Shown: positions 28,833-37,937 of the stretch, piece by piece
Layout of the letters: each line of letters opens with the position of its first letter
Position numbering within the stretch: position 1 is the stretch's first letter
IMG/VR virus record: IMGVR_UViG_3300032294_002823
Length of the DNA stretch: 64,000 bases
Strand: one strand, 5' to 3'
Source: a virus
Made by a program: the position numbers and the translations under genes
Notes under the pieces: model-generated
What the model was told of the DNA's origin: nothing
The model's database searches: none
The model's input: only the letters and a program-made list of their open reading frames with translations

Positions 28833-28861
28833 AGTTTAACACTCTGTCAAGTGCCAGTCAA
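28833..28861 (-). promoter_or_regulatory. Candidate antisense sigma70 promoter in the gp23-gp3 intergenic region
   Basis: Minus strand TTGACT-N17-TAAACT with an extended -10 TG. Confidence 0.4.
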
Positions 28862-28877
28862 GAGAGATAGGTGAAAC

Positions 28878-29474
28878 ATGTCAACCGAAATCACAGAAGC
28901 AAAATGGACTAATCGCCAACCTGAGGAACTAGATTTTCTACGTCCCAATGGCTTTCGTTTCATGATTCAAAGTCTGCCGAAAGTAACATACTTTTGTCAG
29001 GCAGCAAACATCCCGTCCATGAATTTAGGTGTAGCAAAACAACCCACACCATTGATTGATATCCCAAAGCCAGGTGAAAAACTTGACTTCGGTGAACTCA
29101 CCATTCGTTTCATGATTCAGGAAGACATGGCAAATTACATTGAATTGTACAACTGGATGATTGCTTTAGGTTTCCCAGAGAACCATAAACAATTTCAAAA
29201 GAGATTCGCGGATCAAGCATTCCGAACACCTGAAATCAATAACCAAGATGTAGGTACACAACGTAGAACTGACCTACCGGAATATAGTGATGCCACATTA
29301 ATGGTATTGAATTCCAATGACCTCCCAATTGTTCGGTTAAACTTCATAGATTGTTTCCCCATCTCGTTATCTGGATTGGATTTCGATGTATCAACAGGAA
29401 ACACACAATACTTTGTAGGCAACGCCGTCTTTAAATATCGCATGTTCACGGTGGAGTCTTTATTGACTACTTGA
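28878..29474 (+). CDS. gp3: Tail completion/tube terminator gp3
   Basis: FLRPNGFRF, YFCQAANIP, PGEKLDFGEL, EDMANY.E.YNW, SDATL and FP.SLS; upstream CATAAATA. Confidence 0.9.
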   Translation: MSTEITEAKWTNRQPEELDFLRPNGFRFMIQSLPKVTYFCQAANIPSMNLGVAKQPTPLIDIPKPGEKLDFGELTIRFMIQEDMANYIELYNWMIALGFPENHKQFQKRFADQAFRTPEINNQDVGTQRRTDLPEYSDATLMVLNSNDLPIVRLNFIDCFPISLSGLDFDVSTGNTQYFVGNAVFKYRMFTVESLLTT

Positions 29475-29499
29475 CAAATGTAGTTGTACTGTGTATGTT
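29471..29499 (+). promoter_or_regulatory. sigma70-type promoter for uvsY
   Basis: TTGACA-N17-TATGTT. Confidence 0.65.
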
Positions 29500-29526
29500 A
29501 CATGATGTATTAACAAGTGAGGTGGT

Positions 29527-29967
29527 ATGAAGTTACAAGAAATACAGGACATGTGGACAGAAGATTGTAAAATTGACCAAACTAATTTAGGGCGTAGTGC
29601 CGCCCGTGTTCCTGAACTTCACGCAAAATATCTCAACATGATGTCATCAGTCCGCCTTCAATATCGTAAGGCTGAGGCTGAATACCTTCGTATCCGAAAG
29701 TTGAAAGGTAGATATTATCGCGGCGAACTCTCAAAAGAAGAACTTAGTGAATTGGGATGGGAACAATATCTCAATGCGCGTCCATTGAAAAATGAAATGG
29801 ATGATGTCATGAATACTGACGATGATGTTATCCGCATGACGGATAAGTTGGAATATTTAAAAACTGTCATGTACCAATTGGAACAAATCATTAAAAGCAT
29901 CAATAGTAGAACATGGGACATCAAGTCTGCTATTGAATGGTATAAGTTTACGAATGGTGGATTATGA
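29527..29967 (+). CDS. uvsY: Recombination mediator UvsY
   Basis: W.EDCKID, P.LHAKYL and R.WDIKSAIEWYKF. Confidence 0.93.
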   Translation: MKLQEIQDMWTEDCKIDQTNLGRSAARVPELHAKYLNMMSSVRLQYRKAEAEYLRIRKLKGRYYRGELSKEELSELGWEQYLNARPLKNEMDDVMNTDDDVIRMTDKLEYLKTVMYQLEQIIKSINSRTWDIKSAIEWYKFTNGGL

Positions 29968-31445
29968 GTGATGTTACCATTAGCAAGAAAGATGAGGTTT
30001 ATCTTCATGTAGATGCCGATGCATCCATTCTACTTGAAATGAATGACTTCTTCACGTTTGCAGTTCCGGGTGCTCAATTCACACCCCAATATCGTGCAAA
30101 ACTTTGGGACGGAAAAATTCGTCTACTAAGTTTGTTCACAAAGGAGTTATATGTAGGTCTTGCTCCTTATGTAAAAGAATTTTGTAAGTCAAACAATTAT
30201 ACACTTACAAATCATTTACCTTCATATGCCGAAGATGTTGAACAAGCAAAACAATTCATTGCATCATTGAATTACCATTCAAATGGTAAGCCCGTTGATA
30301 TTCGTGATTATCAAGAAGATGCTGTACTAGAATCCATTCATCGTGGACGAACACTTCTTCTTTCTCCTACTGCGTCAGGCAAAAGTTTAATCATTTATTC
30401 TTTGGTTCGTTGGCATCAGACCCAAGGGCGCCGACAACTTATCATCGTTCCCACAACTTCTTTAGTCGAGCAATTGTATGGTGACTTTGCTGATTATGCT
30501 ACAGCGTCGGATTGGAAAGTATCTGAAAACTGCACCCGCATTTATTCAGGTAAAGAAAAAGTTACAAACGTTCCTATTGTAATCTCCACGTGGCAGAGCA
30601 TCTACAAGATGCCGAAAAGTTATTTTGAAAATTTTGATGTGGTATATGGTGATGAGTGCCATTTGTTTAAAGCCAAATCATTATCATCAATTTTACACAA
30701 ATGCACCAAGGCACCTTTTAAGATAGGTACAACAGGAACATTGGATGGCACCAAGACACATCGTTTAGTATTAGAAGGATTGTTTGGTGCTGTTCATAAA
30801 GTGACAACCACAAAGAAGTTAATGGACACACAACAGCTTGCTGATTTAAAGATTCGATGCTTACAGTTGGATTACAGTGATGAAGAAAAACAGTTGTGTA
30901 AGAAGTTCACCTATCAACAAGAATTAGATTGGTTAGTCACACACCCTAAGAGAAATAAATTTATACAAAATTTAGTGCTTGACCAAAAAGGAAATACTCT
31001 AGTATTATTCCAATATGTTGAAAAACATGGTGAAGTATTGTTTGATATGCTCTCTGAAAAAGTTGAAAAGGGACGAGAGTTATTCTTTGTACATGGTGGA
31101 GTTGAAACTAAAGATAGAGAAGCAGTTCGTGCCATTACAGAAAAATCTGAGAATGCCATTATTCTTGCTTCATACGGAACATTCTCTACGGGGATAAATA
31201 TTAGAAATCTCCACAACATTGTATTTGCTTCACCCTCGAAATCTCGTATCAGAAATTTACAAAGTATTGGTCGCGGTCTTCGATTAGGGGAACAAAAAAC
31301 AAGTTGTAAGTTGTATGATATCGGAGATAACCTCTCATGGAAAACACATAAAAATTACACCCTACTTCATTTAATTGAACGTGTAAAAATTTACAATGAA
31401 GAAGGATTCAATTATAAACTATTAACAATACCCTTACATGCATAG
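29964..31445 (+). CDS. uvsW: DNA helicase UvsW
   Basis: SPTASGKS, DECH, TTGT and LQSIGRGLR. Confidence 0.96.
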   Translation: MSDVTISKKDEVYLHVDADASILLEMNDFFTFAVPGAQFTPQYRAKLWDGKIRLLSLFTKELYVGLAPYVKEFCKSNNYTLTNHLPSYAEDVEQAKQFIASLNYHSNGKPVDIRDYQEDAVLESIHRGRTLLLSPTASGKSLIIYSLVRWHQTQGRRQLIIVPTTSLVEQLYGDFADYATASDWKVSENCTRIYSGKEKVTNVPIVISTWQSIYKMPKSYFENFDVVYGDECHLFKAKSLSSILHKCTKAPFKIGTTGTLDGTKTHRLVLEGLFGAVHKVTTTKKLMDTQQLADLKIRCLQLDYSDEEKQLCKKFTYQQELDWLVTHPKRNKFIQNLVLDQKGNTLVLFQYVEKHGEVLFDMLSEKVEKGRELFFVHGGVETKDREAVRAITEKSENAIILASYGTFSTGINIRNLHNIVFASPSKSRIRNLQSIGRGLRLGEQKTSCKLYDIGDNLSWKTHKNYTLLHLIERVKIYNEEGFNYKLLTIPLHA

Positions 31446-31905
31446 TTACAACAAGTATAATGAGGGAACGTATTATAAGATTGTGAAATTGAAAACAGGA
31501 GAAACTATACTCTGTACCATGAATCACGATGTTCGGTCGTTGGCATCTGAAACACATTTACAAATGAATGTTCCTGTACAGGTTATCCCTCATCAAGAAA
31601 CACGACGCAATGGTCAAGTGATAGGCGAAAGTTTTGTTTTGCGTCCATGGATTGGATTAAGTGATAGTGATGAATTTACAATTAGTACTGACATTGTATT
31701 AACAATAGGAAGTTTAAAGAAAGAGGTACGTCAACAATATGTCAACTATATTGAACATACCATTGAAACACAAAAGCGCCAAGAAGAACAAATAGAACGT
31801 GAAGAAGCAGCAGAAAATTTATTACGTGAAATTACACCCGGTGAGTTATATTTTGTTGATGAACCTTTGAATATGGAAAATAACCATGACGAAAACCAAG
31901 AGTAA
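31438..31905 (+). CDS. Conserved hypothetical protein (Sm-like N-terminus)
   Basis: IVKLKTGETI...PW motif; usual position between uvsW and gp55. Confidence 0.6.
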   Translation: MHSYNKYNEGTYYKIVKLKTGETILCTMNHDVRSLASETHLQMNVPVQVIPHQETRRNGQVIGESFVLRPWIGLSDSDEFTISTDIVLTIGSLKKEVRQQYVNYIEHTIETQKRQEEQIEREEAAENLLREITPGELYFVDEPLNMENNHDENQE

Positions 31906-32497
31906 AACAAACAATCATTACATAGATAATAAAAAGTTTCTACAAGCCTTAATAGATTATAAAGTAGAGGTACGTGAAGCAGAACAGAACAAAGAGGAAC
32001 GTCCACAAGTTCCAGAATACATAGGCGACTGCTTCATTAAAATTGCCAATCATTTAGCCTATAAAAATAATTTCATTAATTACAGTTTCCGTGAGGATAT
32101 GATTTTAGATGCCATTGAAAATTGTCTCACATACATGGACAACTTCGATCCCGCGAAATCAAGCAATCCCTTTGCCTACTTCACACAAATTACCTATTAT
32201 GCCTTTGTGCGAAGAATTCAAAAAGAGAAGAAGCATCTACAAACCAAATATAAGTATATTGCTTCGTTAGATGTGGATAACATCATTCGTCAAGCTCATG
32301 ACGAAGGCACACATACAAATGAATTCATTCGGTACTTGCAAAAGCAAGCTGATGCCGCCAACCAAGAATTAAGTGCCGACAAAGAAACGAAAAAGATTAC
32401 ACGTAAACCAAAATATCTACAGGCACTTGATGACGATGTGGTGATTATTGAATCTGAGTATATTGATGTTGAAGAAGTGGATGAATATGATGAGTGA
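31886..32497 (+). CDS. gp55: Late sigma factor gp55
   Basis: HYIDNKKF, YIGDCFIKIA and NPFAYFTQI.YYAF.RRIQKEKK. Confidence 0.96.
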   Translation: MTKTKSKTNNHYIDNKKFLQALIDYKVEVREAEQNKEERPQVPEYIGDCFIKIANHLAYKNNFINYSFREDMILDAIENCLTYMDNFDPAKSSNPFAYFTQITYYAFVRRIQKEKKHLQTKYKYIASLDVDNIIRQAHDEGTHTNEFIRYLQKQADAANQELSADKETKKITRKPKYLQALDDDVVIIESEYIDVEEVDEYDE

Positions 32498-32500
32498 AAC

Positions 32501-32529
32501 TTGACAAATACCTAAATAGTCTGTAGATT
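32501..32529 (+). promoter_or_regulatory. sigma70-type promoter of the deazaguanine cluster with a nested CTAAATA
   Basis: TTGACA-N17-TAGATT; the spacer contains cctaaata. Confidence 0.65.
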
Positions 32530-32558
32530 GTTATATAACTTTGTGATTGGAGTGTGAT

Positions 32559-33464
32559 ATGCGTATTCGTTACTCAGAAATCTTTTATTCATTTCAAGGT
32601 GAAGCTGAATTGGCAGGAACGCCTGCCGTTTGGTTACGTTTCTTTGGTTGTAATTTAAATTGTAGTGGATTCGGACAAAAGAATCCCACAGACCCATCTA
32701 CATATGAATTACCATTCGAAACATTCGATGTGGATTCTGTGAAGCATGTCAATGACCTTCCCGTGTGGAAGTTTGGGTGTGACTCATCCTATTCTTGGTC
32801 ACAACGTTTCAAGCATCTAGCGCACGATGCTTCTCCCGAAGAAATTGCTGACCGTTTAGTTGAAGCTAACAAGAGCGAGCATAACCCACAAGGATTGTTC
32901 ATTCATCCTGTAACACAACAACCCATCATGCTATGCTTCACGGGCGGTGAACCCATGATGCAACAAAAGGCGATGATGGAAATTCTTCGTGTATTGCGTG
33001 ACAGAAATAATGCACCACAACTTGTCACGGTGGAAACAAATGCCACACGCCCCTTGTCAGAAGAATTAAGAAAATTCATGTCATTTGAATTCCCATTCAT
33101 GGGAAATGGTAAGGCGCGTTGGCATTGGTCAATGAGTCCAAAATTGTTCACGGTATCAGGTGAAGATAATGTGGTGAGTGCAGAACACATTCATGAATAT
33201 TCACTTGCCAATGCCACATCCATTTTGAAATTTGTGTGTAACGGGACAAAAGAAAATTGGGATGAACTTGACAATCACCTAAATAGAATTAGATTACTAT
33301 GTGGGAGATACATGCCAGACGTATGGGTGATGCCTGTCGGCGCCACAAAGGATGCTCAAGAGGATCCGTATATTGGTGATTTGTGTATCGAAGCAATGAA
33401 TCGTGGTTATAAAGTTGCCACACGAAATCATTGTTATGTCTTTGGCAACGTCATTGGGAGATAA
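32559..33464 (+). CDS. queE: 7-carboxy-7-deazaguanine synthase (radical SAM)
   Basis: EIFYSFQGE, LRFFGCNLNC...CDS, TGGEP, VETN and SMSPK. Confidence 0.92.
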   Translation: MRIRYSEIFYSFQGEAELAGTPAVWLRFFGCNLNCSGFGQKNPTDPSTYELPFETFDVDSVKHVNDLPVWKFGCDSSYSWSQRFKHLAHDASPEEIADRLVEANKSEHNPQGLFIHPVTQQPIMLCFTGGEPMMQQKAMMEILRVLRDRNNAPQLVTVETNATRPLSEELRKFMSFEFPFMGNGKARWHWSMSPKLFTVSGEDNVVSAEHIHEYSLANATSILKFVCNGTKENWDELDNHLNRIRLLCGRYMPDVWVMPVGATKDAQEDPYIGDLCIEAMNRGYKVATRNHCYVFGNVIGR

Positions 33465-33465
33465 T

Positions 33466-34167
33466 ATGAAGTCACAACATCGTTTTAACGCATCAGCTAT
33501 TCGTTCTGCCATGGGCAAGACTGATCCTGAATTGGGGTTACAGGTACATAAGCATCTTGTTGCTCAGGGTGTAGAGACACCTTTCATGCAGACGGAAGAA
33601 TATAGTGACAAGAAGATTAAGAAGATTGAAAAACATTTCACTGAAATCATGACAACTCTAGGTATGGATTTGACTGATGACAGTCTCCAAGATAGTCCTA
33701 AGCGTGTTGCCAAGATGTTTGTGAATGAACTATTTTGGGGATTAGATTATGCAGCATTCCCGAAGTGTACTGCCATTGAGAATAAGATGGGGTATGATGA
33801 GATGGTTCTTGAAAAGAACATCACGGTGACTTCGGCTTGTGAGCATCACTTTGTCACTATTTCAGGTGTGGCACATGTTGCCTACATCCCTAAAAATAAG
33901 GTGCTGGGGTTGAGTAAGTTGAATCGTGTTGTTGAATATTTCTCACGCCGTCCTCAGGTTCAAGAGCGCCTTGCAGAACAAATTTATCATGCTCTGTCAT
34001 TCATCCTTGACACGCCTGATGTAGCGGTTGTCATTGACGCCGAACATTTCTGTGTAAAGGCACGAGGTGTTGAGGATCCACATTCCAATACAATCACATC
34101 GAAGTTGGGTGGCGGATTCAAGGAGAATCCTGCCCTTCGTTCAGAATTCATGCATCTCATCAAGTAA
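33466..34167 (+). CDS. folE: GTP cyclohydrolase I
   Basis: SACEHHF, GLSKLNR, RRPQVQERL and HFCVKARG. Confidence 0.96.
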   Translation: MKSQHRFNASAIRSAMGKTDPELGLQVHKHLVAQGVETPFMQTEEYSDKKIKKIEKHFTEIMTTLGMDLTDDSLQDSPKRVAKMFVNELFWGLDYAAFPKCTAIENKMGYDEMVLEKNITVTSACEHHFVTISGVAHVAYIPKNKVLGLSKLNRVVEYFSRRPQVQERLAEQIYHALSFILDTPDVAVVIDAEHFCVKARGVEDPHSNTITSKLGGGFKENPALRSEFMHLIK

Positions 34168-34171
34168 TATC

Positions 34172-34687
34172 ATGTCAAGTGATATCAATGTAATGATTGA
34201 CTTGGAAACCATGAGTACCGAGTCAAACGCAGCAATCGCCTCTATTGGTGCGGTAAAATTTTCTATCGAAGCAGGTGTGATAGATACATTTTACTGCACG
34301 GTAGATGTGGCTGACTGTAAATTACAGGGATTACACATTTCTGCTGATACTGTGAAATGGTGGAGTAAGCAACCCAAGGAAGTATTAGAAATGCTTCGTG
34401 AAAATAATCTATCTCTGCGCGAAGCTCTTACAAAGTTTTCTCAATGGTATGGAACAGTACAATATCCTACATGGGGGTGTGGTTCTGATTTTGATAATGT
34501 CATTATGGAAAATGCCTATAAGGTAGTAAGTATGGTACGTCCTTGGAACGCCTGGAGAAACAGGTGCTATCGCACAATACGCGAAGTAATTAAATTACCA
34601 GAAGCTGAACGAACAGGCACATATCACAATGCACTTGATGATGCGTTACATCAGACACATCATCTACTTAAAATCTTTGGGAGCTAA
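34172..34687 (+). CDS. DEDDh 3'-5' exonuclease (Rv2179c-like)
   Basis: VMIDLETM, WGCGSDFD and HNALDDALHQ. Confidence 0.85.
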   Translation: MSSDINVMIDLETMSTESNAAIASIGAVKFSIEAGVIDTFYCTVDVADCKLQGLHISADTVKWWSKQPKEVLEMLRENNLSLREALTKFSQWYGTVQYPTWGCGSDFDNVIMENAYKVVSMVRPWNAWRNRCYRTIREVIKLPEAERTGTYHNALDDALHQTHHLLKIFGS

Positions 34688-34689
34688 TA

Positions 34690-35949
34690 ATGTTTGAATA
34701 TGTTGCTTCTGGGTTATCCTTTCTGCGTTGCAACTTTAAGGATACACATACAGGATATCTATTGGGTGAATTGAATAAAATGTGGGGACATATTCGTGGT
34801 AAATATGACCACGAATTTTCATTCCTGTATAACGCCTATATTGAAAAGCATTTCGGTGAGGTGTTTTATGGTGCCTATCGTGGTAAAGGTATTAACCAGG
34901 TGTATGCCGACTCAGGCGGTCTACAAATTGTCACACAGGGATTGACCATCACGCCTACATTAAAACAGAAGGTGTACGAGAGTCAAGCCATGTACTCTGA
35001 TTGCGCCATGAGTTTTGATGAAATTCCTGTGAGCATTATTGGCACAAAGGCGGTACGTTCAGATATTAACAGTAAATATTTTGATAGAAATAAATTTGAA
35101 TGGTGTGCGCGTGAATCAGGCAGAAATGTGAAGAACCAAATTGACACATTCATCGCCATGAAATCTGATGCCAAGCCCATGTTCATTGTACAAGGCGGTG
35201 ACCTTGACACATACATCAAATGGTGTGAGTTGGCACTGGAAGAAATTCCTAAGGAATATCATGAACGCATTGGCGGTGTCGCCATGGGTTCAGGTGGTAT
35301 CGGTAACGGGATGTTTGAAGATTGTAAGCGAGCATTTTATTACACACAAACACCCTTGTTTGAAATGAACAATCATCTCCATTTGTTAGGTATTGGTGCA
35401 GTATCACGTATGGTACCTACATTGGCAATGATTGAAAGTGGCTTATACACAAACAAACATATTAGTTATGATAGTACAACCCATACATCGGGTGTACAAA
35501 TGGGAAGATACTATGGTCCTGATTTCTCTTGGATTACCCCCGGCAAACATTTCATCAATGAAAATGGTCCTCAGTATTCCATTATCAATGCCGACATCAA
35601 GAAAAATGTTCCGTTCTATGATGTAACAGATGAAGTATTCCATGAGGTCATGAACATCAGTGTTCGAAAGTATCAGGCAAAAACAAATGATCCTAATCCG
35701 CCTATTCTTGCATTTAACGCATACTTCACTTCATCAGTCATTAACTTTCTACGTCACTTAGATACCATGAGAAAGGATTTTTCACAGATTCATACATTGA
35801 TGAGTGACGATGAATACAATGCCATGATGGCGTTTAGTCGAGTTAAAAACAGAGTGGATTTTGAAAAGTGGGAAAATGAAATGGGACGATATCTCCCAAG
35901 TCAAGCTGTTCGTGATGGCATACCTGCAACATTACCTGAGGACTTTTAA
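34690..35949 (+). CDS. dpdA: TGT-fold guanine transglycosylase, DpdA-like
   Basis: YADSGGLQ, SFDEIP, IVQG, HLHLLG and SYDSTT; context of queE, folE and queD. Confidence 0.8.
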   Translation: MFEYVASGLSFLRCNFKDTHTGYLLGELNKMWGHIRGKYDHEFSFLYNAYIEKHFGEVFYGAYRGKGINQVYADSGGLQIVTQGLTITPTLKQKVYESQAMYSDCAMSFDEIPVSIIGTKAVRSDINSKYFDRNKFEWCARESGRNVKNQIDTFIAMKSDAKPMFIVQGGDLDTYIKWCELALEEIPKEYHERIGGVAMGSGGIGNGMFEDCKRAFYYTQTPLFEMNNHLHLLGIGAVSRMVPTLAMIESGLYTNKHISYDSTTHTSGVQMGRYYGPDFSWITPGKHFINENGPQYSIINADIKKNVPFYDVTDEVFHEVMNISVRKYQAKTNDPNPPILAFNAYFTSSVINFLRHLDTMRKDFSQIHTLMSDDEYNAMMAFSRVKNRVDFEKWENEMGRYLPSQAVRDGIPATLPEDF

Positions 35950-35951
35950 TC

Positions 35952-36323
35952 ATGATAAAGCGTTACATTGAAGTGACATTTCAGAAAGAAGGTATTCACA
36001 AATATCCCGCAGCATTGACTGACCCGAAATTGAAAGATGTAGAATTTTTAGGATATCCTCATAGACATATGTTTCATTTCCGTGTTCGTGTATCGGTGAC
36101 ACACAATGACCGAGATATTGAATTCATCTTATTCAAGCGTGAACTTGAACATCTATATCAAGGCACGTTGCATGTTGATTATAAGAGTTGTGAAATGTTG
36201 GCAGAAGATTTAATAGAGTACATTACTAATGTTTATCCGGGCAGAGAAGTTGAAGTAGGTGTGAGTGAAGATGGTGAGAACGGTGCAATCATTCAATATC
36301 AACCAATGGGGAGTTTGACATGA
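35952..36323 (+). CDS. QueD-paralog T-fold protein, DpdL-like (putative CDG decarboxylase)
   Basis: LGYPHRHMF fits the LxxxHRHxF signature recalled for DpdL; also SCEMLA and VSEDGENGA; a canonical queD is present separately. Confidence 0.65.
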   Translation: MIKRYIEVTFQKEGIHKYPAALTDPKLKDVEFLGYPHRHMFHFRVRVSVTHNDRDIEFILFKRELEHLYQGTLHVDYKSCEMLAEDLIEYITNVYPGREVEVGVSEDGENGAIIQYQPMGSLT

Positions 36324-37483
36324 AGATTTTCTATATGGGATTGGAATCATATGAATCACGATATACATTGCAATTAACTAAGTGGGCAACTACCACTATG
36401 GATCGTCGTGGTGTTGAATATGTGATTGTTCCTGGCAAGACCATTGATAACAGTCAGGCAATTTCTGTGGGGCAGGTTCTTGATGCACATGGAAGAAGTT
36501 ATTTCGCCATGTCACAAATGATGAATCTTGTGCAGATGATGAAAGATGGAACAGTCACAGGTGAAGATGCCATCTTTTTTGAAGATATGTTTCAACCCGG
36601 CATTGAATCGCTTCCTTACATCATGAATCAAATCCCTGAACAGGATCGACCGAAGGTGTGGGTACGTTGTCTTGCACAAAGCATTGATCCTGATGACTTT
36701 GTTCATGTGTGGGGTATGGCACCTTGGATGAGTAAGTATGAACACATGGTGAATGATTTTGTTACGGGTGTTCTTGCGTCAAATGAAGAAATGGTGGCAC
36801 ACATGAAGATTGCCGGTTGGACAGCACCTCTCTACAACATTTCAGGCTTGACGTTTGACCGCGATGAGGTGAGAAGTCGAGTATCGCATATTCCAGAATT
36901 CTCATCTAGAAAGATGCGTGTTGTATTTGCTGCTCGGTTTGACCAAGAAAAGCAACCCAACTTCTTCATGGATATTGCTGAACAAGTTGCAGAAACATAT
37001 AACATTGAATTTGCCATAGTATCGGGCGGTCCATTACGGAGTAACAATCCGGTATATTTGGAACGTGCTCGTAAATTAGAAAAGAGTGGGCTTTTAAAGA
37101 TTTATGATAATCTTTCTAAGAATGAGTATTATGAGATTGTTGCCAATAGTCGTGTATTGTTTAATTGTGCATTACAAGATTGGGTAAGTAACACGGTGTC
37201 TGAGGCAGATGCACTTGAATGTAATGTGTTGTATCCTGCCTATCGGTCATTCCCAGAAACGTTTGCCAATGATGCTGAACGTTTATATGTACCTTGGTCA
37301 CAACAAGATGCCATTAACAAGTTGTTCAGGCACTTGAATGAACCTCATAGAAACATGGGGAAGATTTCAGCTTGGACATCACAGACAATGGATAGAATTC
37401 TAGATGTGATGTTGGGTCAAGGTGAAGCATGGCGCCGGGATGATAATCGTTATCGTGACTACACTTCTACAAACAAATACTGA
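36320..37483 (+). CDS. GT-B fold glycosyltransferase inside the deazaguanine cluster
   Basis: VVFAARFDQEKQP, LSKNEYYEIV and ALQDWVSNTVSEA...YP...SFPE (GT4-like C-domain); coupled by an ATGA overlap. Confidence 0.75.
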   Translation: MKIFYMGLESYESRYTLQLTKWATTTMDRRGVEYVIVPGKTIDNSQAISVGQVLDAHGRSYFAMSQMMNLVQMMKDGTVTGEDAIFFEDMFQPGIESLPYIMNQIPEQDRPKVWVRCLAQSIDPDDFVHVWGMAPWMSKYEHMVNDFVTGVLASNEEMVAHMKIAGWTAPLYNISGLTFDRDEVRSRVSHIPEFSSRKMRVVFAARFDQEKQPNFFMDIAEQVAETYNIEFAIVSGGPLRSNNPVYLERARKLEKSGLLKIYDNLSKNEYYEIVANSRVLFNCALQDWVSNTVSEADALECNVLYPAYRSFPETFANDAERLYVPWSQQDAINKLFRHLNEPHRNMGKISAWTSQTMDRILDVMLGQGEAWRRDDNRYRDYTSTNKY

Positions 37484-37493
37484 GGAGATGACA

Positions 37494-37937
37494 ATGAAAT
37501 TCTATTCAACGAAAACATTTGGTAATGAGCGTGGTTTGAGCTGTGCATTTCGTCAATGGCGAGCAAAATCACATTGCAATCAAATTCATGGTTATAGTTT
37601 AGGATTTCGTTTCATCTTTGAGGCAGATGTCCTAGATGAAAGAAACTGGGTATATGACTTTGGTGATACCAAGTGGATTAAGGAATATTTAGATGTTGCC
37701 TTTGACCACACAACGGCAGTTGCCAAGGATGATCCTTTGCTTCCCTTGTTCAAACAAATGGATAAGGAAGGCGGATGCACATTGCGTATTTTTGATAGTG
37801 TTGGTTGTGAAGCCTTTGCTCATATGGTATATGTTGACATTGCCCCCGGTGTTGTACACAAGACGAATGGGCGAGTTCGCCTTAAGAGTGTGGAAGTATT
37901 TGAACATGGGAGCAACTCTGCCCTGTACGAGGGATAA
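37494..37937 (+). CDS. queD: 6-carboxy-5,6,7,8-tetrahydropterin synthase
   Basis: SHCNQIHGY, VYDFG, FDH, GCEAFA and VEVFEH. Confidence 0.9.
   Translation: MKFYSTKTFGNERGLSCAFRQWRAKSHCNQIHGYSLGFRFIFEADVLDERNWVYDFGDTKWIKEYLDVAFDHTTAVAKDDPLLPLFKQMDKEGGCTLRIFDSVGCEAFAHMVYVDIAPGVVHKTNGRVRLKSVEVFEHGSNSALYEG

Noticed and set aside
28845-29476. Long-range pairing around gp3 (tgtcaagt-gcc-agtcaa with ttgactacttgaca)
   Set aside because: Only 14 bp with a bulge, and explained by oppositely oriented -35 boxes.
34690-35949. Annotation as tRNA-guanine transglycosylase (tgt) for queuosine
   Set aside because: It lacks the zinc-binding Cys/His cluster, queA/queF/queC are absent, and phage context favours DNA modification. 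Not formally excluded.
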